Below are positions 9,584 through 18,183 of a DNA stretch of 64,000 nt, in pieces. Position numbers and translations under genes: made by a program. This DNA is from a bacterium (GTDB lineage Bacteria > Zhuqueibacterota > Zhuqueibacteria > Oceanimicrobiales > Oceanimicrobiaceae), in contig JBBIIG010000004.1 of the NCBI GenBank assembly GCA_037446635.1, forward strand, positions 12,186-76,185. Reading direction: 5' to 3'. The stretch's first letter is position 1, and every line of letters begins with the position of its first letter. Below the pieces are notes generated by a model. The model ran no database searches. It had not been told where the DNA came from and saw nothing but the letters and a program-made list of their open reading frames with translations.

Positions 9584-10194
9584 GGAAGTAACCTTGCGTT
9601 TTGATCATTGAAACCCGGTCTTAGCCCACCAACAAAAATCTCCGCAATCTGATTGGCCGACTCTTCCAAATCGTACCGGCCATTTTTCAGCAGCACCCAG
9701 TGGGTGGCAATTTCATCCAGTGCGCCAAAAAGGGCACGCTTCGCCAGTCCGGGGTGAATGTCACTGCGGAAGAGTCCCTCGCGCTGGCCCTGCTCGATCA
9801 AATTTCCCACGAGATTTAAATACTCTTTCAGCTTCGAACCGCTGTATTCTTTGATGAAACGATTGCTCTGCCGCAGCTCTAATTGAAACACCTGCGCCAG
9901 CTTGGGATTTTGTTTCACGAATCGCAAATGCGCGTGAATGTACTTGCGCACTTTGGCAATCAGGTCGGTTTCGGCCGCTATTTCCTCCTGCACTTCGGCA
10001 ATGAATTTCCCCAGCTCCTCCTCAAAAATGGAGATGAGAATTTCGTCTTTATTTTTGAAATAGAGATAAATGGTGCCGTCCGCCACGCCCGCGCGTTTGG
10101 CGATTTCCGAAACCTTGGCGTGATAAAAGCCCTTTTGGGCAAACACCTTGACGGCGGATTTGAGAATGCGAGTACGCTTGTCTTTTGTGGGCAT
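9580..10194 (-). CDS. fadR: TetR-family regulator (Bacillus FadR/YsiA-like)
   Basis: HTH SEIAKRAGVADGTIYLYFKNK; QLELRQS motif; heads the fad genes; matching operator upstream. Confidence 0.85.
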   Translation of the reverse strand: MPTKDKRTRILKSAVKVFAQKGFYHAKVSEIAKRAGVADGTIYLYFKNKDEILISIFEEELGKFIAEVQEEIAAETDLIAKVRKYIHAHLRFVKQNPKLAQVFQLELRQSNRFIKEYSGSKLKEYLNLVGNLIEQGQREGLFRSDIHPGLAKRALFGALDEIATHWVLLKNGRYDLEESANQIAEIFVGGLRPGFNDQNARLLP

Positions 10195-10244
10195 CGTCCG
10201 TGAAAAGTTTGAGTTTGAAAACACAGAGAGACTGCAACAGCAAC

Positions 10245-10291
10245 TGAATGATGATTCATTCACAAAATAAAAAAATGATGCTGGAATGCAA
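10245..10291 (-). promoter_or_regulatory. FadR-type operator (10245-10262) adjacent to a putative sigma70 promoter
   Basis: TGAATGA-N4-TCATTCA palindrome; TTGCAT-N16-TATTTT on the minus strand immediately upstream. Confidence 0.75.
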
Positions 10292-10406
10292 GTTATTTTT
10301 CAGCAAAAACTTTGAACCACGAATTACACGAATTGCACGAATAAAAAACGCTTGATGCTTAGGTCGAAATCCGTTATCTTGCGCCAATTCATTTTCACGA
10401 GTGTAG

Positions 10407-10436
10407 CGGAGTGCAAAGCTTAAGCTTTGCACTCCG
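10407..10436. repeat. Perfect 30-nt palindrome (REP-like)
   Basis: cggagtgcaaagcttaagctttgcactccg; related to 30381-30455. Confidence 0.75.
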
Positions 10437-10468
10437 GGCGTTAAGCAAATAAAACCCGGAGGGAGAAA

Positions 10469-12577
10469 ATGCGCATACGGCTTTGCCTATTTTTGTTGCT
10501 GACTTACGTTATCTCGGTCAATGCCCAATCCATAAGCGGATTCACCGCCAATTCCGCCGTCACTCAAAAACAACTCGAAGAAAAATTTCTCGCGCTGCCG
10601 CGGCCGGAGAACGCGGAAAAATATTTATTCAAACTCACCGAAGAGCCGCACATCGCCGGCAGTCCGGAAAGCAAAGCGGTGGCGGAATACATTAATTCAA
10701 AATATCTCGAATGGGGACTTGACTCAAAGCTGGTGGAGTATCACGTCTATCTCCCCTATCCGAAATCGGTGCAAGTGAAAATGCTGGCGCCAGACACCGT
10801 CGCGCTGAATTTGGTGGAAGACTCGTGGCGATTCGACAAAGACAGTTATGACTCCCACGCGGTGACGGCCTTCAACGCGTATTCACCGTCAGGCGATGTG
10901 ACGGCGCAGGTGGTGTACGTCAATCGCGGGCTGCCGGATGATTACGAAGCGCTGGCGGAATTGGGCGTCGAAGTGCGCGGCAAAATTGCGCTGGCGCGCT
11001 ACGGCGGCAGCTTCCGCGGCGTGAAAGCGCAAGTGGCGGAGGAACACGGTGCCGCGGGACTCATCATCTACTCCGATCCCGCGGACGACGGTTACATGCG
11101 CGGCGACATTTATCCCAACGGGCCGATGCGCCCAGAGAATGCCATCCAGCGCGGAAGTCTGCTCTACATTTTCAACTACCCCGGCGATCCACTGACGCCC
11201 GGCTTTGCATCCATCAAAACTGCCAAGCGCCTCAAAGCCGAAGAAGCCCGCAGCATCACAAAAACGCCGACGACGCCGATTTCATACAGCCAAGCGAGTC
11301 TCATTTTAAAAAGTCTCGCCGGTCCGGAAGTGCCGGAGGGCTGGCAAGGCGGGCTGCCGTTTCGGTATCATGTGGGGCCGGGGCCGGCGACCGTCCATAT
11401 CAAATTGGAAATGGATTATCAAGTGCGCCCGATTTACAACGTCATCGCGGAAATCAGAGGCAGCGCGGAGCCGGACAAATTGGTGATCATCGGCAATCAC
11501 CACGACGCGTGGGTGCACGGCGCGGTCGATCCCAGCAGCGGCACGGCGACGGTGATGGAAATCGGCCGCAGCTTCGGCGAGCTGCTGAAAACCGGCTGGC
11601 GGCCGAAGCGCACAATCATCCTCGCGCACTGGGATGCCGAGGAATACGGACTCATCGGTTCCACCGAGTGGGTCGAAGAAAAGAAAGCGGATCTGACGAA
11701 AAACGCGGCGCTGTACATCAACATCGACTCCGCGGTGTCCGGAAAAAATTTCGACGCCGGTGCTGTGCCCTCGCTGGATCGATTCATTCAAGAAGTCACG
11801 AAAGATGTAACCGATCCCAAAACGCAGCAAACGGTTTTTCAGCGCTGGTGGGTTAATCAAAACAAAAAAGAATACAAGCGGCTGAAGCAAACCGTCCCCG
11901 ACACCGCAGAAACCAAACTCGATCGCCTCGGCAGCGGCTCGGATTACACCGCATTTTTGCAGCACGTGGGGGTGCCGTCGCTGAGCATGGGATTCGGCGG
12001 ACGCTACGGCGTTTATCATTCCATTCTCGATAATTTTTATTGGATGAAGAATTGGGGCGACCCGACGTTCGAATACCACGCGGCAATGTCGAAAATCGGC
12101 GGACTGATGGCGCTGCGTTTTGCGCAAGCGGATGTATATCCGTTCAATTATGCCGATTACGCGGAGGCCATTGTCAAGCACTTCGAGGAATTAGAAAAAT
12201 CGTTGAAGGAAAAATTTCTGAAAGTCGAAATTGATCTCACCGTTGCGAAAGACAAAGCCAACGAGTGGAAAAAAGCTTGTGAGGGCTTGAATGAGAAAGT
12301 TAAATCTGCGCTGGACTCCGGGGCCGTTCCTCCAGAATTGAATAGTTTGCTGGTGCAAATAGAGAGAGAATTGTTGGTCGAACCCGGTCTGCCCGGCCGC
12401 GACTGGTTCAAGCATCGCATTTACGCGCCGGGATTTTACACCGGCTACGCCTCGAAGCCGCTGCCGGGAATTTCGGAGCCGGCGGATAAAGCGGATTGGG
12501 AGGCGGCAAAGCGGGAGTTGGCGGTATTGATTCAAATACTGGATAAAGTTATTCAGACTACACAAACTGAATTTTAA
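10469..12577 (+). CDS. M28 peptidase, glutamate carboxypeptidase II/NAALADase-like (PA and TFR-dimer domains)
   Basis: Signal peptide; GNHHDAW, GAVDP, WDAEEYG, GSGSDY, YHS. Confidence 0.92.
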   Translation: MRIRLCLFLLLTYVISVNAQSISGFTANSAVTQKQLEEKFLALPRPENAEKYLFKLTEEPHIAGSPESKAVAEYINSKYLEWGLDSKLVEYHVYLPYPKSVQVKMLAPDTVALNLVEDSWRFDKDSYDSHAVTAFNAYSPSGDVTAQVVYVNRGLPDDYEALAELGVEVRGKIALARYGGSFRGVKAQVAEEHGAAGLIIYSDPADDGYMRGDIYPNGPMRPENAIQRGSLLYIFNYPGDPLTPGFASIKTAKRLKAEEARSITKTPTTPISYSQASLILKSLAGPEVPEGWQGGLPFRYHVGPGPATVHIKLEMDYQVRPIYNVIAEIRGSAEPDKLVIIGNHHDAWVHGAVDPSSGTATVMEIGRSFGELLKTGWRPKRTIILAHWDAEEYGLIGSTEWVEEKKADLTKNAALYINIDSAVSGKNFDAGAVPSLDRFIQEVTKDVTDPKTQQTVFQRWWVNQNKKEYKRLKQTVPDTAETKLDRLGSGSDYTAFLQHVGVPSLSMGFGGRYGVYHSILDNFYWMKNWGDPTFEYHAAMSKIGGLMALRFAQADVYPFNYADYAEAIVKHFEELEKSLKEKFLKVEIDLTVAKDKANEWKKACEGLNEKVKSALDSGAVPPELNSLLVQIERELLVEPGLPGRDWFKHRIYAPGFYTGYASKPLPGISEPADKADWEAAKRELAVLIQILDKVIQTTQTEF

Positions 12578-13026
12578 AAATCTTTTCCCTTTTTAATTCT
12601 AGCAATACCTTGTGTCGCCTTGATGAGATGCCAGACAGTTTCTAAAAGCTCTTTATCTTTGCTCAAGTATTCGATGACCTCTTTTAAAATGTCCTCTTCC
12701 TTTTTACCGTAGTTTTTTAAATTTTCATCTCGAACTCTTAAACCAGATGCGGCGGCAGACTCGCTTAAGTATTTAGGCTGGTCGCCGCCTTCCAGCAGCC
12801 AGAGGATATTGACATTATATTTTCTCGCAAATTCGAGAATAAATGAGAGCGTTGGCAAATACTTACCGTTTTCCCACTCCGATACCGTGCCTTTACCAAC
12901 ATTAAATTCTTTTGCTATAATTTCTTGATTTAAATTAAGTTCTTTTCTTAGCAACCGAAACCGTTTGCCAAACTCTGTACTAAAATCCAAAATTTTTCCT
13001 CGAATATTCGATTTTTTACTTGACAT
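12574..13026 (-). CDS. XRE-family HTH repressor
   Basis: LRKELNLNQEIIAKEFNVGKGTVSEWENG...NILWLLEG; low GC. Confidence 0.85.
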   Translation of the reverse strand: MSSKKSNIRGKILDFSTEFGKRFRLLRKELNLNQEIIAKEFNVGKGTVSEWENGKYLPTLSFILEFARKYNVNILWLLEGGDQPKYLSESAAASGLRVRDENLKNYGKKEEDILKEVIEYLSKDKELLETVWHLIKATQGIARIKKGKDF

Positions 13027-13130
13027 TCTCGGAATAACGAATTATATGCAATTGAAAAAAGCCTAATGTATTCTCACAAATTAATATAAAAAGGCTTTCC
13101 AGAATGTCAACATAAAATCAGGAGGGGAAG

Positions 13131-13430
13131 ATGGCAACCGAAGCAACCATCATTAAACAAATTGAGAAAACGGCGGCAGGTAAATATTCGGATTGGCTAA
13201 TTGGCCTTACGGATGATCCGGCTGTTCGCAAAGCTCAGCTCGACAATCCGCTGAGTTTCTTGCAGTGGAAAGCGGATACTGAACGAGCAGCAAAAAATGT
13301 CGAACGTTATTTTCTCGCGAAAGGAATGCACAGCGCGGGTGCCGCCCCACAATCCGCACTACATGTTTATATTCTGCTGGCCATTAATCCGGGCAATACC
13401 TCTTCAGGAAAGTTCTCCGCACATTTCTGA
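13131..13430 (+). CDS. Small hypothetical protein, possibly minimal GIY-YIG-like
   Basis: GGAGG RBS; WLIGLTDDPAVR...AKNVERYFL...VYI pattern. Confidence 0.65.
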   Translation: MATEATIIKQIEKTAAGKYSDWLIGLTDDPAVRKAQLDNPLSFLQWKADTERAAKNVERYFLAKGMHSAGAAPQSALHVYILLAINPGNTSSGKFSAHF

Positions 13431-13511
13431 CCTACGGTGTTAATTTTCCTTCAAATCTGAGAGAACATCCCCTTCAAAATTGTCTATGTATTGCCAAGGG
13501 GAATCTCTCTG

Positions 13512-14282
13512 ATGTCCAAACCAAAACTGCTTATCTATTCTGAGCAACTGGCCAATTGTAGCTGCTTTCACACTGTCTTTAACACCAAATTTGAAGCAGA
13601 GGTGACATACCAGGAAACGCATTTCTTAAAAAAGATTCAGGAAGAAAACGTTGATACGGCGGTGGTCTGTTTCTGCTCCGCCCAAGAAAAAGATGTGGAG
13701 CGATTGCTGCGGCTGGACGCCCTCACCGGCCCGGTGCCGGTGCTCACTTGTTCCCGAACCCTAAATGCCGATTTTGTTCAGATGGGAGCCAAGCAAGGGG
13801 TGGATCGCTTTCTACAGTGTACCATGGAAGCTGAAAAAATTCATGACCTCATTTTCGAAGCCATTCGCCGCGGCGGTTTGAAGGAATATCTGAAATCGTG
13901 CACCCCCGGTAGCCTCGAGGCTTCTCCTTACGTGCGGAAAATGGTAGACGAAATCATTCATGCTTTTCCCCATCGGCTGAAAGCGGAAGAATTGGCCGAA
14001 CGGCTGGGCATAACCCGCCGCTGACTGCATAAAATTTGCAGACAAGCCTTCGGTAAACCTTTCTCCCTGGTCATGCGCCGTATCTGGGTTCATCAGGCTT
14101 TGCGAATGATGCAGCATACCAACCTCGATAACACGGAAATTGCTCTGCAGCTCAATTACAGTGAGGAGAGCAACCTGGCTCGTGATTTCCGCAGCGAACT
14201 GGGTTATAGCCCCACCGAAGCACGCCGAAGGCTTATCCAACACACCCCAGAAGAGTTACTCATTCCCAAGAATAGTCCTTAA
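13512..14282 (+). pseudogene. AraC-family regulator with a receiver-like N-terminus, interrupted by one in-frame TGA (14022-14024)
   Basis: ORFs 13491-14024 and 14073-14282 share a frame; read-through gives LAERLGITRR*LHKICRQAFG...EIALQLNYSEESNLARDFRSELGYSP (double HTH). Confidence 0.8.
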
Positions 14283-14376
14283 ACAATGATTCCTTTCGAC
14301 TATTTCTGGTCTCCCACTCTCCTTTTCACTCTTTCTCGTTTCACTTTTCACCTCTCACGTTTCACCTGAAAATCAC

Positions 14377-14438
14377 TTCCCATTTTGAACGAAAAGTTCC
14401 CATTTTGATTTGACGGAAAGAACATTTTTTAGTATTTT
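14377..14438 (+). promoter_or_regulatory. Direct-repeat activator sites abutting a sigma70 promoter
   Basis: ttcccattttga at 14377 and 14397, then TTGACG(14410)-N17-TATTTT. Confidence 0.6.
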
Positions 14439-14511
14439 TGTTTAGTTTTCAGTTTAAAATAAGGTTAAATAAGGTAAATAATTACAGAGAATAGATTGCG
14501 AGGCAAGCCTG

Positions 14512-15459
14512 ATGCAGATTATTCCATCTATCACTCTTATCTTTTTGTTTTGCTTTACAATCGGCTGTAAGGAAGAGGATTTTTCGGTGAATATCCCAAT
14601 CAATCGGCCGACACGCAATTATGGTGAGCCGGCATGGGGACCGTCAGATTGGATTATGTTTTCTCATACTCCGTATGATGCGTCAGGTCAACCAGTGGAT
14701 TCTTCCGGGTTATGGCTGGTTCATCCTGATGGTACGGGAAGACGGCCTTTTACACTTTTACGAGAAGTCCGTGACTTTGCAGCACCTGATTGGTCACCAG
14801 ATGGAAAATGGATTGCAGCACATCAAGATGGCCAAATCTACAAAATTTCGGTTGAGAAGGACAGCTTGGTACAACTGACATTCCCTTCATTACGAAAATT
14901 TTATCCCACTTGGAACCCGGATGGTAAATGGATAGCATTTTCAATTACCGATGGTGACCATAGTCAATGGGGCATCTGGGCTGTTAGAAGCGATGGTCTG
15001 GAGATGCGTCACCTCCGGCGAGTCGATGGCTTGAACCCCGACTGGTCGCCAGATGGTCAACGAATTGTTTTCCCTGGATGGCCAGAAGGCACCCAGAAGC
15101 AAAAGCTAATGATCATGGATGCAACCGGAGAAAATCTGAAGGTCGTTTTTGACCCCGCTCGGTATGGATTTAATTTTACCTGGAACGTTGACCATCCGCA
15201 GTTTTCTCCGGATGGCGCAAAAATCGTGTTTCAAATGGGACCCGCTGAGCAGAGGGATGGACAAATTTGGATAGTGAATACCGATGGCAGCCATCCCCGC
15301 CAGTTGACTTCGGACGGGGGGCTGGAGCCCTCATGGAGTCCCGACAGCAGACAGATAGTTTATGTTAAGTTTTCAACCCGCCATGCTGAGCAAACAGGAA
15401 ATGGCAAGCTGTGGATAATGGATGCCGAAGGTGGTAATAAGCGGCAGTTGACGTTCTAA
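14512..15459 (+). CDS. TolB-like PD40 beta-propeller lipoprotein
   Basis: Lipobox-like TIGC; repeated PDWSPDG/PTWNPDG/PSWSPDS. Confidence 0.88.
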   Translation: MQIIPSITLIFLFCFTIGCKEEDFSVNIPINRPTRNYGEPAWGPSDWIMFSHTPYDASGQPVDSSGLWLVHPDGTGRRPFTLLREVRDFAAPDWSPDGKWIAAHQDGQIYKISVEKDSLVQLTFPSLRKFYPTWNPDGKWIAFSITDGDHSQWGIWAVRSDGLEMRHLRRVDGLNPDWSPDGQRIVFPGWPEGTQKQKLMIMDATGENLKVVFDPARYGFNFTWNVDHPQFSPDGAKIVFQMGPAEQRDGQIWIVNTDGSHPRQLTSDGGLEPSWSPDSRQIVYVKFSTRHAEQTGNGKLWIMDAEGGNKRQLTF

Positions 15460-15477
15460 ATTAAAACTCTCGTAATC

Positions 15478-15522
15478 AAAAAAGGCGTATCGGCCACCCG
15501 CCAAGGTATTTCCGATACGCCT
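15478..15522 (-). terminator. Intrinsic terminator-like hairpin on the antisense strand
   Basis: aggcgtatcgg/ccgatacgcct 11-bp stem followed by a T-run on the minus strand. Confidence 0.6.
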
Positions 15523-15732
15523 GTGAAATCGACAAAAGAAGCAAGGAGTTTAGGCTTTTTATTTCGGCCCATACGCCCTCTTTGTCTTGGGAAAGTTATG
15601 AATTAAAATGAAAAAGTCAATCAAAAATTTGTCGACACAGTTCATTTCCTTATCCCTCCGGTTTTACATAATTGCGATAGGAGAAAGAACTATCTGACAA
15701 TTATCCAATTACTTAAAAAGGAGGATGCAAAC

Positions 15733-18033
15733 ATGCAGTGCAGAACCAATATCACTGTGTGGAAGGTCTTGTTTACCTTCCTGGTTCTTTCGATGGTCGT
15801 TTTTTCTAAAAAAACACTAGCCCAAGAAAATATAGATAATCAGATCGTGGTCATGTTCAAATCAGGCATAGTAAGCCTTCCCGATGGCCGCGATCGAGCG
15901 AATCTGGACGAGGCCACGCTTCCAACTCCACTTCGGACTTTACTAAAAGCCTTTGATGCCCAGGAAATTGCAAAGGGAATCCCGGAATTCCAGCGTTCAG
16001 ACACCTTACGCGTTCTACCAGATGGCCGATTGTTTAAGGTACCGGACTATACGAACCTGTTTGTCATTACATTGCCCACAGGATTACAACGAGAGGCATT
16101 GGTAGATTCCTTGGTGCGGTTCCCAATCGTGGTCAGTGCCGAAAAAAACCAGAGGGCCATTTTGCGGGAGACCATTCCCAATGATACACACTTCCAGGCC
16201 CGCCAATGGAATTTGAAAAACACGGGTCAATTTGGCGGCACGCCGGGCGCCGACGTCAAAGCAACTTTTGCGTGGGATATTACCAAAGGCAGTACTTCCG
16301 TTATCTTGGGTATTTTAGATTACGGAATACAATCAGGACATCTTGATTTGCAGGGCAAGGTTAGCGGTGACGCTGGTTATAGTGTTTCTCACGGAACCCA
16401 TGTAGCGGGCATTGCTGGCGCACTTACAAATAACAACCGAGGCGTTGCCGGCGTAGATTGGAATGCTCAGTTGGTTTCGCAACGAATAGATTTAGGCGGC
16501 ATCCCAGAAATAGCACAGGCCGTCAACGATGCAGTAGCGGCAGGCGCACGGGTGTTGAACAATAGCTGGGGATTGCCAAGTTATTCTACGGTACTTTACA
16601 ATGCGTTTCTATCCGCTTACCAAGCCGATGTCCTCTCCACTGTGGCCAATCCCGAAACCGGCGCTACAGGTGAATTTCCAAACAGTTTCGGTACCTGGAT
16701 TATGAATGTTGCTGCTACGACTAATGGAGATGCAAAAGCCAGCTATTCCTTCGATCGCAACTATACTGATGTTGGTGCACCTGGCGGCAATGCCGATGGA
16801 GTCTTAGAACGCAATATTTATTCTACAATTCCGGACAACACCTATGGTTATATGGCTGGCACTTCCATGGCTACTCCACACGTAACCGGCATTGCAGGAC
16901 TATTGCTGGCCATCAATCCCAACCTGCACAATTATGATCTGGAGTGGATCATCAAACGCTCTGCCAACGATATACCGCCTACGGGTCGAGACCCTAGCAC
17001 CGGTTACGGTCGAGTTAACGCGTACGAGGCGGTGCGACATGTGGCTGCCCCGTATCAGATCACCCACGGCAATGCCACGTTGACGAAAACAAATAACAAT
17101 ATTCAGGTAACATTCTTAGCGCCACCGTTGCCGGAACTAGCGGCGGGGACTTACTGGGTAGATCGTTGGCAATTAGAAGCTGTTGTTAATTTCAATCCTA
17201 TTTATTCTCAAACTCCATGGGCGTGGCTGAGCCAAACCGGCTATTCAGCAGCCAACCCCAACGATGCAAAAGAATACATGTATGAAAACTCCACGACATC
17301 TTCGACTACCATTAGAACCTTTTTCTATTATATAAGAACAAATCTCTTAGGACAAACAATCAACAAATGGGCGCCGATGGATCCGAATATTTTATCTCGT
17401 CAATATGCTGTGTTAGGCACTCCGGCACCTCTGGCCGTCACCATCACCGGCCCGACCTCGCTGGGATACAAACAATCCGGCACGTGGACGGCCAATGCCT
17501 CCGGCGGCACGGGTTCGTACACTTACGAATGGCGGTTTCGTTACAATGGCACCGGCCCCTGGTCCAGTGTGGTGGGCACATCTCAAACCTATACCCGCAC
17601 CATGTTAGACACCGATTTTGAGCTGCAGGTTAAGGTAACCAGTGGCGGTCAGAGTGTCTATGACACCCATTACGTTGATTACGGAGTGGCTAAAGAAGGC
17701 GTTGCTGATTCTGATGTGACGGTTCAAATCCCAGAACAATTTGCACTACATCAGAATTATCCGAATCCGTTTAACCCGACTACCGAAATCAAATTTGAAT
17801 TGCCAGAAAATGGCTACGTCACTGTAAGCATCTTTAACGCGGTGGGCCAAAGAATTCGTACTCTGGTAGATGAGCCCAAGACCGCCGGTTATCACAGCGT
17901 CGTCTGGGACAGCAAAGATGAGTCTGGTCACGAGGTGGCTTCGGGAGTGTATCTCTACCGTATCTATGTCAGACCCGCTAATGCCAGCGGCCAACCATTC
18001 AAAGCGGTCAAAAAAATGACGCTTCTGCGATAG
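15733..18033 (+). CDS. Secreted S8 subtilisin-like protease with a C-terminal FlgD-Ig/T9SS-like sorting domain
   Basis: ILDYG, HGTHVAG and GTSMATPH triad; QNYPNPFNPTT...SGVYLY tail. Confidence 0.92.
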   Translation: MQCRTNITVWKVLFTFLVLSMVVFSKKTLAQENIDNQIVVMFKSGIVSLPDGRDRANLDEATLPTPLRTLLKAFDAQEIAKGIPEFQRSDTLRVLPDGRLFKVPDYTNLFVITLPTGLQREALVDSLVRFPIVVSAEKNQRAILRETIPNDTHFQARQWNLKNTGQFGGTPGADVKATFAWDITKGSTSVILGILDYGIQSGHLDLQGKVSGDAGYSVSHGTHVAGIAGALTNNNRGVAGVDWNAQLVSQRIDLGGIPEIAQAVNDAVAAGARVLNNSWGLPSYSTVLYNAFLSAYQADVLSTVANPETGATGEFPNSFGTWIMNVAATTNGDAKASYSFDRNYTDVGAPGGNADGVLERNIYSTIPDNTYGYMAGTSMATPHVTGIAGLLLAINPNLHNYDLEWIIKRSANDIPPTGRDPSTGYGRVNAYEAVRHVAAPYQITHGNATLTKTNNNIQVTFLAPPLPELAAGTYWVDRWQLEAVVNFNPIYSQTPWAWLSQTGYSAANPNDAKEYMYENSTTSSTTIRTFFYYIRTNLLGQTINKWAPMDPNILSRQYAVLGTPAPLAVTITGPTSLGYKQSGTWTANASGGTGSYTYEWRFRYNGTGPWSSVVGTSQTYTRTMLDTDFELQVKVTSGGQSVYDTHYVDYGVAKEGVADSDVTVQIPEQFALHQNYPNPFNPTTEIKFELPENGYVTVSIFNAVGQRIRTLVDEPKTAGYHSVVWDSKDESGHEVASGVYLYRIYVRPANASGQPFKAVKKMTLLR

Positions 18034-18042
18034 GTCAATTAA

Positions 18043-18180
18043 AAAGAGGCTGTTCAAAAAGTCGATTTTCGTTATGTGTCATGCTCGCATGCTTTAAGGG
18101 GCATCTACAAAATCAGCAGCTTATGGACTCCCGCTTAAAACCTGCGGGAGTGACAGCGGGGCTTTTGGGACAGCCTCTTT
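18043..18180. mobile_element. MITE-like element with terminal inverted repeats and a GTCA...TGAC core
   Basis: aaagaggctgttcaaaa / ttttgggacagcctcttt; core is an inverted homologue of the core of 42122-42253. Confidence 0.7.
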
Positions 18181-18183
18181 AAA

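Noticed and set aside
14022..14024. Selenocysteine or genetic-code reassignment of TGA
   Set aside because: The position is in a DNA-binding helix rather than a redox motif, no obvious SECIS hairpin was seen, and TGA ends many normal genes here.
14300..14370. Pyrimidine-rich tttcac repeats (similar low-complexity tracts at 5780-5850, 10315-10345, 57440-57510)
   Set aside because: Degenerate short-period repeats without an associated gene here; no function can be supported.
12574..18033. Prophage
   Set aside because: Only an XRE regulator; no integrase, replication or structural genes.
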